Notes under the pieces: model-generated | Databases searched by the model: none | Seen by the model: the letters and a program-made list of their open reading frames with translations, nothing else | What the model was told of the DNA's origin: nothing | NCBI GenBank assembly: GCA_964446225.1 | Contig: CAYUOD010000001.1 | Coordinates: forward strand, 1 to 37,062 | Length of the DNA: 37,062 nt | Source of the DNA: an uncultured Acidimicrobiales bacterium | Lineage (GTDB): Bacteria > Actinomycetota > Acidimicrobiia > Acidimicrobiales > Poriferisodalaceae | Reading direction: 5' to 3' | In this document: positions 9,861-18,096 of the stretch, one piece after another | Layout of the letters: each line of letters starts with the position of its first letter | Position numbering within the stretch: the first letter of the stretch is position 1 | Translations under genes and position numbers: made by a program

Positions 9861-10699
9861 GATCCTACGGGAAATCTCATGGCGAGTTCCTCGGTGAAGG
9901 CCCCGCGCAGCTGCCGCGCTGCTGCCTTGGACGAGATCAGAAGCTTCTCCCCGGCCCAGTGGGCCGGGAGCAATGCCGGAGGCATCAGCGGATCGATTCC
10001 GATCTGGCCAAACAGAGCCGACATCAGGATCCAGCCCTGGGCGGCATGTGCATTGGGGGCCCCCGAGGTCTGGTGCCTGAAGCTGTCCGCTGTCTCGGTA
10101 AGGCGCGCAGACCGAGCAGAGAACCCATCGAGATCCCAGAGCAATGCGGCCATATAGCGGGGCCGTTCTATCTGGGCAAAGCACGGAAAGTAGGCCTGTG
10201 ATTCGGAGGCGGCCTGCGTCAGCCTGTCCATGCTTCCGAGATTATCTGGCCGCAGCCAAACTCCTGGTCGGAACTCGCCCAAGCGGTCCGCACGAATCAG
10301 TTCTCTCACGTAATCAGGAACCTCTGAACTCTCAAGACCATCGGGAAACGCAACCATGACCCAGGAACCATCCCAAATCGGCGAAGTATGAGCGCGAGCC
10401 CGACGATGCAACTGGTGAGGTTTGGTCGTCCGGCGGCCAGGCACGAGCACTCCCTGTGCGTTGATGGCAATGCTCCCATCGCTCACCGCAGCTTCAATGG
10501 CGACAAGCGTGTCAGCCTTGGTTTCACCGAAAGTCGAGCCCACGCTCATCAACGAATCCCGTGTCAAGGTCGCGTTTGAATAGACGAACGTGGTGAAGAG
10601 TCCGCGCAGAGTGAGCGGACTCAGCACACTTTCCAGGCCGTCGTACAGACGCGGATCCGCCACGCCATCCGGTAGTCCTGGACCCACAAGCTCGACCAT
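9857..10699 (-). CDS. PaaX-family-like transcriptional regulator (first of tandem pair)
   Basis: WDGSWVMVAF, PGVWLRPDNL, LWDLDGFSARS and IDPLMPPALLPAHWAGEK match the PaaX C-terminal domain pattern (W-G-W, GvW-P, dPlLP..LLP..WpG). Confidence 0.65.
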   Translation of the reverse strand: MVELVGPGLPDGVADPRLYDGLESVLSPLTLRGLFTTFVYSNATLTRDSLMSVGSTFGETKADTLVAIEAAVSDGSIAINAQGVLVPGRRTTKPHQLHRRARAHTSPIWDGSWVMVAFPDGLESSEVPDYVRELIRADRLGEFRPGVWLRPDNLGSMDRLTQAASESQAYFPCFAQIERPRYMAALLWDLDGFSARSARLTETADSFRHQTSGAPNAHAAQGWILMSALFGQIGIDPLMPPALLPAHWAGEKLLISSKAAARQLRGAFTEELAMRFPVGS

Positions 10700-10864
10700 T
10701 CAAACAAGTTTCCCATCTGCTTGCGTCCCAGTCCGGGATGCTGGGGGAGCAAACGTCACCGTAAAAGACCGTATCGCGTGCTAAATTTGCCCCGATCCCA
10801 AATGGGGATATACGTATCTACCGTGGACGCGGTTGGTGCCGTGACTTGAGAGCAGAGCAACGAC

Positions 10865-11671
10865 ATGAACAAGGGTCTCTTGGCAGCAGGCGCGGCGGTG
10901 GTGTACGGACTTAGTGCAATTGGTCTGGCGCCCAGCGCCGGGGCGCAGGTTGGCTGTGAGACATTTGTCGTCTCAGACAATACGAACATCTACGCACCTG
11001 GCAACAACAACAACCTGACAGCTGGTCCGTGGATTCCTGTCTCGGTGAGCGCGGGCAGCACCGTCGCACTGTCGGTGACAACATACGATCCGACACACGA
11101 CACGCATCCGATCGAGAATCAGCTCCAAACGAACGAGATCATCGTTATTGAGATGAAGCTCGCTGACGGCACTGTTGTAAGGACAGGTCCCACCGGCGAC
11201 ATTCCCGACGGAGTCACTTCGGCTGGCCCGTTCGATCTCGGCCAATACGGTCCTCTTACGAGTGATCTCGTCGAGATCCGCCAGGTGCACGGGGCGCTCT
11301 TCACCGGACCCACCGAGAATTTTCAGTCCGTACACGGCATTGACCTGGTCGTCAGTTGCGTAGAGGTCCCGCCCGCGACCACAACGACCACAACAGCACC
11401 TCCAACAACCACCTCAACGACGGTTCCTGAGCAAACCACCACCACTGTTCCTGAGACAACCACAACAACAGCTCCGGAGACAACCACCACAACCGAGGCA
11501 CCAAGCACGACTGTGGCACCGACGAGCACATCCACTCCTGAGCACGTGCCCACTCTGCCCGTCACCGGACCTAGCACCACCACCGGCCTCGCCCTTCTCG
11601 GCGTGGGCTTCGTGACGTTTGGCGCGGCGCTCATCACGAGTACCCGCGACCGACGCGGCATTCTGTCCTAG
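10865..11671 (+). CDS. LPXTG-anchored cell-surface protein with unknown N-terminal domain and Thr/Pro-rich stalk
   Basis: Signal peptide MNKGLLAAGAAVVYGLSAIGLAPSAGAQ. The C-terminus has LPVTG (nt 11555-11569), a hydrophobic segment and the basic tail RDRRG, which is the classical sortase sorting signal. Confidence 0.8.
   Translation: MNKGLLAAGAAVVYGLSAIGLAPSAGAQVGCETFVVSDNTNIYAPGNNNNLTAGPWIPVSVSAGSTVALSVTTYDPTHDTHPIENQLQTNEIIVIEMKLADGTVVRTGPTGDIPDGVTSAGPFDLGQYGPLTSDLVEIRQVHGALFTGPTENFQSVHGIDLVVSCVEVPPATTTTTTAPPTTTSTTVPEQTTTTVPETTTTTAPETTTTTEAPSTTVAPTSTSTPEHVPTLPVTGPSTTTGLALLGVGFVTFGAALITSTRDRRGILS
11369..11539 (+). repeat. Low-complexity ACC/ACA-rich coding repeat encoding the Thr-rich stalk (TTTT-[VA]PE units)
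   Basis: Repeated units such as accaccaccactgttcctgag / acaaccacaacaacagctccggag / acaaccaccacaaccgaggca, visible directly in the sequence. Confidence 0.7.
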
Positions 11672-12249
11672 GAAGGGCTGTACGGCTCCCAATTGAGGAG
11701 CGCGGCCACAATAAGGTCAATGAGGCCGTAGACAGCGTCGCTCGTAAGCGGCTGAGCGCTGAAGTGGGAGCGGACAAATAGCGGGCCGGTGATCAGGTCA
11801 CTGGCGAGTTCCGTATCCAATTCAGGGTGGATCTCGCCACGCACCTTGGCCTGCTCCACAATCGTATTCATGGGCGCCTGCTTGTCGCTCATGAACTGAG
11901 CGTGGACTCGGGCGAACTCTGGATCGTTTGTCGCGCGGTTGTGTACACCGCGGAAGATACGCTGCCACGCCGGCTCATTGATCATCTCCATGCGCGCGTC
12001 CACAAAGTCCACGAGGTCGGCTCGCAGGCTGCCAGTGTCCGGCGTGGGATAGATCTCGATCATCCGGTCGAGCACTTGAATCAGGAGCTCGTTGGCTGAG
12101 GAAAAATGACGGTAGATGGTGGACTTCGCTACGCGTGATCGTCGGGCGACCTCGTCAATGCTGAACCCCTCAACGCCTGAGTCCCACAGGACCTCCTCCG
12201 ACGCGACAAGAGCCTTCGAGCGTGCCTCCTGGCTGAGCGGTCTAGACAT
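11668..12249 (-). CDS. TetR/AcrR family transcriptional regulator
   Basis: N-terminal HTH FSIDEVARRSRVAKSTIYRHFSSANEL. Divergent from the MMPL gene. Confidence 0.9.
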   Translation of the reverse strand: MSRPLSQEARSKALVASEEVLWDSGVEGFSIDEVARRSRVAKSTIYRHFSSANELLIQVLDRMIEIYPTPDTGSLRADLVDFVDARMEMINEPAWQRIFRGVHNRATNDPEFARVHAQFMSDKQAPMNTIVEQAKVRGEIHPELDTELASDLITGPLFVRSHFSAQPLTSDAVYGLIDLIVAALLNWEPYSPS

Positions 12250-12331
12250 GGCGTGCCTGGTGGATGGGTTTGCTGGTTAGCATTCAAGAACCTTCTGGTT
12301 GCGAGTTGCTCTCACGAGGTCCACCTATATA

Positions 12332-12357
12332 ATACCGCTACCACTACGGAGCGGTAT
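12332..12357. promoter_or_regulatory. Candidate TetR operator: perfect 8-bp inverted repeat ATACCGCT-N10-AGCGGTAT, flanked by TATAAT-like AT-rich boxes
   Basis: Read directly from the sequence. It lies in the 165-nt divergent region between the TetR gene (start 12249) and the MMPL gene (start 12415). Confidence 0.5.
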
Positions 12358-12414
12358 CGCTATTATAGACAACTCCGCTTCCTCAGTCACTTCGCATACA
12401 CGCAGGAGACAGCC

Positions 12415-14760
12415 GTGTTCACACGCCTCGCACAATGGTGCTATCGACGACGACGCCTCGTCCTCATCCTCTGGATTGTCACCATCCTGGGAGTGAACAT
12501 GGTCGGGGCCGCTACCGGCGGACCCTCATTCAACGGAGAACTCGACATTCCAGCAAGCGAGACCGCTGACGGCTTCGAAACGATCGACGAGTACTTCCCT
12601 GGCGCTAGTGGCACACTCACCGGCTCGATTGTCTTCACCACCGAAGCGGGGATAGCTGACCCAGAAGTTCAGTCGGCAATGGAGGGACTCTTTGCAGAGG
12701 TCGCCGAGATCGACCAGGTCACCGTGCTCAGTCCGTACTCAGACTTCGGACGTCAGCAGATCTCCCAGGACGGCACTATTGCGTTCGCACAGATCAACTT
12801 CGAGACCGGTGTGGACCAGACCGAATCAGCCCTGATCGGTGAGGAGATCGACGCGCTCATTCCCCCCGTCGATGGCCTACGCGTAGAGCTCGGGGGAGCC
12901 GCTCTGGCGCCCTTCGAGCCGCCCGCAACTGAACTCATCGGACTCGCATTCGCGATCGTGATCCTTATCGTCTCATTCGGCTCAGTCCTGGCCATGGGAC
13001 TGCCAATTGGCATTGCGCTATTTGGTGTCGGAACTGGTTCCGGCCTCATCATTCTGCTCACAAACTTCATGACTGTTCCCGACTTCGCACCTCTGATCGG
13101 CATCATGATCGGACTCGGCGTCGGCATCGACTACGCCCTGTTTATCGTGACCCGTTTTCGCGAGGGCACACATGTGGGCATGTCGAACGAAGAAGCGACG
13201 ATGGCAGCGATGGACACCGCCGGCAGAGCCGTCGTCTTCGCTGGTCTCACCGTGGTGGTGTCGCTTCTGGGCATGTTGCTCATCGGTCTGTCATTCATCT
13301 CTGGGCTGGGGGTAGCTGCTGCGGCAACGGTGACTGCGACCATGATCGCTTCGATCACCTTGCTGCCAGCGCTGTTGGGCTTTGCCGGCAGCCGCATAGA
13401 AATCACCCGCTGGCGGGGACTCATCGCCGCTGGCTTCACGGCCGCAGCACTCCTTGGGCTCGGGCTTGGCGCCCCGCCGGCCATACCGGTCGCCTCAATC
13501 GGACTGGCCGCCCTCACGATCCTTCTCGGATTCGTACTCGGACCGCTCAAGGCCCGGGTGCCGCAGCGCAAGCCTAAGCCCGTCCGGGAGACGCTCCCAT
13601 ATCGGTGGAGCCGCGCTGTTCAGCACCATCCCTGGATGTCCCTTCTGGTTGGCGGTGGAGCACTCCTGCTGTTGACCATCCCGTTGCTGGGTCTGCGCCT
13701 TGGCTTCTCCGATGAAGGAAACTTCCCAGAGGATACGACTACACGGCAGGCCTACGACATCATTGCTGAAGGCTTCGGCCCTGGCTTCAATGGCCCTCTC
13801 ATCGTCGCCGTGGAGGTCGGTTCGCCCGAGGACACCATGGTTGTAGCGGCGCTCTCCGACGCCCTCCTGGCCGACGAGGGAGTGCAGTCGGTCACTCCGC
13901 CGTTCCCGAGTGACTTTGAGAATCCCCGGACCTCACCGGCCTTCCTCATCAAAGTGATTCCGACGACGGCCCCACAAGATGAAGCCACGAGTCTCACGGT
14001 CGAACGTCTCAGGAACGAAGTTGTGCCGCCAGTCGTGGATGGCACCTCGGTTCAGGCGAATATCACCGGTGCTGTTGCCGCGAACGTCGACTTTAGCGAC
14101 TACCTGGGTCAGCGAATCCTCATCTTTTTGGGCGTGGTGCTGGCCCTGTCGTTCCTCCTGTTGATGTCAGTCTTCCGCTCGCTGGTCGTACCCCTCAAGG
14201 CGGTAATCATGAACCTGCTGAGCATCTCGGCTGCTTATGGTGTGGTCGTGGCATTGTTCCAGTGGGGTTGGTTCGGGGGTATTACCGGAGTCGAGCCGGC
14301 TCCGATCGAACCGTTCATTCCAATGATGCTTTTCGCCATCACCTTCGGCCTATCAATGGACTACGAAGTCTTTCTCCTGTCACGCGTGAAGGAGGAGTAC
14401 GACAAGCACGGTGATCCCGTGAACTCTGTGGCAGACGGACTTGCCAGCACAGCGAGAGTGATTACTGCGGCCGCGGCCATCATGATCGTGGTCTTCGGCA
14501 GTTTCATCCTTGAAGAGGACCGCATTATCAAACTCTTCGGAACCGGACTGGCGACGGCCGTGTTCCTTGACGCCACGCTTGTACGCATGCTGCTGGTCCC
14601 GGCCACGATGTCCCTGCTCGGTGGCAGAAACTGGTGGTTCCCGCGCTGGTTGGACAAGATCGTGCCAACGCTTCACGTCGAGGGCGCTGCACAGCCCGTG
14701 TCAGTGCCGGACGACGGCACCGAGGACGAGATCGACACCGGCGCCAAAGTCGGCGTATAG
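12415..14760 (+). CDS. MMPL family (RND superfamily) membrane transporter
   Basis: Two blocks of ~6 TM helices, each followed by an extracytoplasmic domain. MMPL motifs GVGIDYALFIVTRFRE and FGLSMDYEVFLLSRVKEEY. GTG 12415 is preceded by CAGGAGAC; the N-terminal extension from 12253 in the track looks non-coding (it covers the operator). Confidence 0.85.
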   Translation: MFTRLAQWCYRRRRLVLILWIVTILGVNMVGAATGGPSFNGELDIPASETADGFETIDEYFPGASGTLTGSIVFTTEAGIADPEVQSAMEGLFAEVAEIDQVTVLSPYSDFGRQQISQDGTIAFAQINFETGVDQTESALIGEEIDALIPPVDGLRVELGGAALAPFEPPATELIGLAFAIVILIVSFGSVLAMGLPIGIALFGVGTGSGLIILLTNFMTVPDFAPLIGIMIGLGVGIDYALFIVTRFREGTHVGMSNEEATMAAMDTAGRAVVFAGLTVVVSLLGMLLIGLSFISGLGVAAAATVTATMIASITLLPALLGFAGSRIEITRWRGLIAAGFTAAALLGLGLGAPPAIPVASIGLAALTILLGFVLGPLKARVPQRKPKPVRETLPYRWSRAVQHHPWMSLLVGGGALLLLTIPLLGLRLGFSDEGNFPEDTTTRQAYDIIAEGFGPGFNGPLIVAVEVGSPEDTMVVAALSDALLADEGVQSVTPPFPSDFENPRTSPAFLIKVIPTTAPQDEATSLTVERLRNEVVPPVVDGTSVQANITGAVAANVDFSDYLGQRILIFLGVVLALSFLLLMSVFRSLVVPLKAVIMNLLSISAAYGVVVALFQWGWFGGITGVEPAPIEPFIPMMLFAITFGLSMDYEVFLLSRVKEEYDKHGDPVNSVADGLASTARVITAAAAIMIVVFGSFILEEDRIIKLFGTGLATAVFLDATLVRMLLVPATMSLLGGRNWWFPRWLDKIVPTLHVEGAAQPVSVPDDGTEDEIDTGAKVGV

Positions 14761-14802
14761 CGCCTGGCCAAGCCGGTGAAGCCATAGAACTAGGCTGCAC
14801 GC

Positions 14803-16065
14803 GTGCGTGTGGAACTGACAGAGACTGATCGATCCATGCTCGCTGGCGAGCACGGCGAAGGTCACAGTCTGGCGATGCGGGTGGTGGCCCGCGTGGCCGA
14901 AGCCATGGGCGCCGAGATGTTGCTGGACGTGTCGGAGGCGCATATTGACTCGTGCCTTGATCACGGTCAGGCAGGTGTGGATTTCGCAGAACGCCTAGCT
15001 CGTGATGGAAGCCAAGTGACCATTCCGACCACGCTCAACGTCTCGTCGCTGGATCTGCTTCATCCAGAGCTGTACCGAGGCTCGCCGAGCCAGGCTGCGC
15101 GCGCCAAACGCCTGATGGACTACTACGAGCAGATGGGCTGCCGCCCCACCTGGACCTGTGCCCCATACCAGTCAGGAGCCCGGCCGGGACTCGGTGAGCA
15201 TGTTGCCTGGGCCGAGTCCAACGCGATCGTGTTCGCCAACTCGGTGCTCGGAGCACGCACACACCGCTACGGCGACTTCATCGACATCTGCGCCGCGGTG
15301 ACTGGTCGAGCTCCGGCGGCCGGGCTGCATCTCGATGAGAACCGTCGGGCTACCGTGCTGATCGATGTCTCCGGGCTTCCGCAGCGCCTTGTTGCCTTGG
15401 ACGTTTTCTATCCTGTGCTCGGCCATTTCCTCGGTGGAGCTGTTGGACAACGGGTGCCTGTGCTCGTAGGGCTCCCCCAAGGCCTCAGCGAAGACCGGCT
15501 CAAAGCAGTGGGCGCGGCAGCTGCATCCTCTGGATCTGTGGGCCTCTTTCACTGCGTGGGGAGCACCCCTGAGGCGCAGACGTTGGAAATTGCTACTGGG
15601 GGACAAGCGGTTCAGGACACGATCACTGTCGACCTGGCAATGGTTCGAGAAGCCCGCGATGCGCTCAGCACCTTTGACGGTACAGAACTGGGCATTGTCA
15701 GTCTCGGGACCCCGCACTATTCGGTGAGCGAGTTCGAAACGCTCATGCAGCTGATAGATGACAGAACAGTGCACTCATCCATTGACATGTACGTCTCAAC
15801 AGGACGCAGCGTGTTGGCCGAGATCCAGCTCCGGGGCTGGGTACGGCGCCTCGAACACTCGGGCATCCAGATCGTCACTGACACGTGTACGTACATAACA
15901 CCGATTATGCGCCCAGCTAGCGGTGCCGCAATGACAGACTCCGGAAAGTGGGCCTACTACGCCCCTGGCAATCTGGGACTCCCTGTCGTGTTCGGTGCAA
16001 CCGCTGATTGCGTCGAGTCGGCGATTGCCGGCCGCGTGGTGCGCGACGAATCGGTGTGGTCCTAA
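14803..16065 (+). CDS. Aconitase X (AcnX) large/catalytic subunit, DUF521 family
   Basis: N-terminus VELTETDRSMLAGEHGEG...AEMLLDVSEAHIDSC and the ~420 aa length fit DUF521/AcnX. Confidence 0.75.
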   Translation: MRVELTETDRSMLAGEHGEGHSLAMRVVARVAEAMGAEMLLDVSEAHIDSCLDHGQAGVDFAERLARDGSQVTIPTTLNVSSLDLLHPELYRGSPSQAARAKRLMDYYEQMGCRPTWTCAPYQSGARPGLGEHVAWAESNAIVFANSVLGARTHRYGDFIDICAAVTGRAPAAGLHLDENRRATVLIDVSGLPQRLVALDVFYPVLGHFLGGAVGQRVPVLVGLPQGLSEDRLKAVGAAAASSGSVGLFHCVGSTPEAQTLEIATGGQAVQDTITVDLAMVREARDALSTFDGTELGIVSLGTPHYSVSEFETLMQLIDDRTVHSSIDMYVSTGRSVLAEIQLRGWVRRLEHSGIQIVTDTCTYITPIMRPASGAAMTDSGKWAYYAPGNLGLPVVFGATADCVESAIAGRVVRDESVWS

Positions 16066-16514
16066 TGGCACAGACGCTCTCGCCCGGTCGAGGCTACGGC
16101 GAGTTGGTAGTCCTCGACGAACCATTGAGTTTCTGGGGCGGATTCGACGCTGACAGCGGACATGTCACAGACCAGCGCCACCCGCAGGTTGGGATGACCC
16201 TCACCGGCAAGGTCCTTGCTATGGAGCAGGGCCGAGGTTCAAGCTCGGGTTCGTCGGTGCTCGCAGAAGCGATCAGGGCCAGAACCGCGCCCTGCGCGAT
16301 CCTGCTGCTGGCGCGGGACGAGATCATCGCGCTCGGCGCGATCGTCGCTGATGAGGTGTACGGCCTCCAAGTACCTGTGGTGCTGATCGATAAGGCTGAC
16401 TGGGATGACCTCAGACCTGGCGAAATGCTGGGTGTGATCGCGCCGGACAGCCGAACCCCGACTCTGTCACGAGACGAGGCGCCCCACCTCACAAAGGACG
16501 AATCATGGACCTGA
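16065..16514 (+). CDS. Aconitase X small (swivel) subunit, DUF126 family
   Basis: LVVLDEPLSFWGGFDADSGHV...HPQVGMTLTGKVLAMEQGRGSSSGSSVLAEAI is the DUF126 pattern. The ATG overlaps the upstream TAA (TAATG). Confidence 0.75.
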   Translation: MAQTLSPGRGYGELVVLDEPLSFWGGFDADSGHVTDQRHPQVGMTLTGKVLAMEQGRGSSSGSSVLAEAIRARTAPCAILLLARDEIIALGAIVADEVYGLQVPVVLIDKADWDDLRPGEMLGVIAPDSRTPTLSRDEAPHLTKDESWT

Positions 16515-17029
16515 TGAGCTACATCGCCGATGTTGCGGACTTTCCGAGCCCCGGAATCCTGTTCAAGGACATCACACCCCTCCTTGAGGACCCCGCGGCC
16601 TTCGCCTACTGCATCGACGCCATGGTGGACCTGTGTGATGCGAACAAGATCGACAAGATCGCCGCACTAGACGCGCGCGGATTTCTCTTCGCTGCGCCCC
16701 TGGCACTGAAGTTGGAGAAGCCCCTTGTACTCGTGCGCAAAGCTGGCAAATTGCCTCGTTCGACCATCGCAGCGACCTACGAGGCTGAGTATGCGACCGT
16801 CGATATCGAGATCCATCGCTCCTCGGTCGTGACCGGCGACCGCTTCCTCATCGTGGATGACGTCAGCGCCACAGGCAACAGCCTGGCAACGACCGCAGGC
16901 TTGATCGAACAACGAGGCGGCACTGTGACCGCGATGATCGTGCTCATGCACTTTCTGAACCTAGGGGCACCCGAAAGACTGGCCGCCCATGACCTCCGTT
17001 ACTTGCTCGCTGTTGATACCGCGGGCTAG
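16505..17029 (+). CDS. apt: Adenine phosphoribosyltransferase
   Basis: DFPSPGILFKDITPLLEDP and the PRPP-binding loop FLIVDDVSATGNS. The start overlaps the upstream gene's stop; ATG 16514 is an alternative. Confidence 0.9.
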   Translation: MDLMSYIADVADFPSPGILFKDITPLLEDPAAFAYCIDAMVDLCDANKIDKIAALDARGFLFAAPLALKLEKPLVLVRKAGKLPRSTIAATYEAEYATVDIEIHRSSVVTGDRFLIVDDVSATGNSLATTAGLIEQRGGTVTAMIVLMHFLNLGAPERLAAHDLRYLLAVDTAG

Positions 17030-17058
17030 CAAGCACCACTGCCCATAGACTTTCTTCC

Positions 17059-18096
17059 ATGCGAGCCTTTACACGATTGACCCGACTCGGATCTCTGCTT
17101 GCTGTGATTGGCCTTGTTGCAGGTGCATGCACGGCCACCCAGGCTGAAGCGCAAGGGACCGATGAGCCGGGGTTGTTCTCCGCCAAGTACTTGTCGCTGG
17201 AAGACGGCGAGAGATACACCGTGGTTGACGGCGGCGAGTACGGCCCTGCGCTCGATGCCGACTTCATGCAGCCCGACGATGTTGTACTCGGCCTCGTAGT
17301 AGGCGACACGGCTATCGCGTTTCCGGTTGCCCTCATGGGCTACCACCACATCGCAAACCTGGAGATCTCGGGTGAGCCGTACGTTGTTACCTATTGAATT
17401 GTCTGCTCTTCAGGGGTCGCGTTCGATCCTGTTGTTGACGGCGTCCGCTACACCTTTGATGTAGCGGGGCTCTACAACGGGCTATTTGTCATGGAAGACC
17501 GCGAGACGGGATCAGTTTGGACTCACTTCGATGGCAGGGTACTGACAGGCCCGCTCGCCAACCAAGACATCGAACTGGAACCGGTACCGCTGATCCATAC
17601 GCGTTGGAACGATTGGCTCGATGACTACCCAAACAGCCAGGTGCTGCTCCCGGACGAAAGGTTTACCGACCGCTACTTCCGAATCGAACCGGGCAACGAC
17701 TGGCTCGGGCCTGACTTCGTAAAGACGATCATCGCCACCGATGACCGCCTGGCAAGCAACGAACTCGTACTTGGTATTGATACTGGCGATACGACCACAG
17801 CGATCGTGATCCAGGAGTTCAACAAGGAAGAAGCGGTCAACCTCGAAGTAGGTGGGGTACCAGTGGTCGCGCTTGTTGATCCAGAGTCCCTTCTCGGCAT
17901 TGCCTTCGAGTCCACGGTTGACGGTGAGGTGAGAGACTTCGAGATTTCAGATGGCGTACTCAAGGACGACACGGGAGCGCTCTGGGCCACGGACGGCAGC
18001 GGTGACGACGGCCAGCTGCAGTTCGTCACCAGCTTTGTCACAGAATGGTACGGCTGGAGCGGCTACCACCCAGGCACAGCTATCTATGACAGCTAG
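17059..18096 (+). CDS. DUF3179-family exported lipoprotein, single reading frame interrupted only by TGA at 17395-17397 (Sec candidate or pseudogene)
   Basis: Track ORFs 17059-17397 and 17491-18096 are in the same frame, and 17398-17490 has no stop. The joined translation reads ...IAFPVALMGYHHIANLEISGEPYVVTY[TGA]IVCSSGVAFDPVVDGVRYTFDVAGLYNGLFVMEDRETGSVWTHFDG... This matches the DUF3179 core (..VTYCPLCgs..vFdR.vdG..l.F..sG.ly.s.lvmyDreT.SlW.q). The N-terminus has a lipobox-like LVAGAC. Confidence 0.7.
17411..17431 (+). other. Bulged hairpin 13 nt downstream of the in-frame TGA (possible bacterial SECIS-like element)
   Basis: CAGGG-G-UCG [CGUU] CGA-UCCUG. That is 5 bp (one G-U), a bulged G, 3 bp and a 4-nt loop containing GU, hand-folded from the sequence. 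Chance hairpins are common at this GC content. Confidence 0.25.

Noticed and set aside
9861-10184. N-terminal extension of track ORF 9060-10184
   Set aside because: It overlaps the PaaX-like gene 9857-10699 in another frame, and its translation is Arg/Pro/Gly-rich junk. GTG 9860 (GTGA coupling) or ATG 9809 gives a protein colinear with its paralog.
12253-12414. Track start of the MMPL ORF at 12253
   Set aside because: The extension covers the AT-rich palindromic operator region and has no hydrophobic or MMPL-like sequence. GTG 12415 has a CAGGAGAC Shine-Dalgarno and begins right at the first TM helix.
17395-17397. TGA read as Trp (genetic code 4/25) to explain the in-frame stop
   Set aside because: Several well-supported genes in the window terminate at TGA at the expected family C-terminus, for example 1977-1979, 9857-9859, 22304-22306 and 26286-26288. 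TGA is therefore a normal stop here.
17444-17468. Strong 9-bp hairpin TCCGCTACA-cctttga-TGTAGCGGG as the SECIS element
   Set aside because: Its loop starts ~56 nt after the TGA. As far as I recall, that is further than the spacing accepted for bacterial SECIS elements. I keep it only as a secondary note; the weaker 17411-17431 hairpin is better placed.
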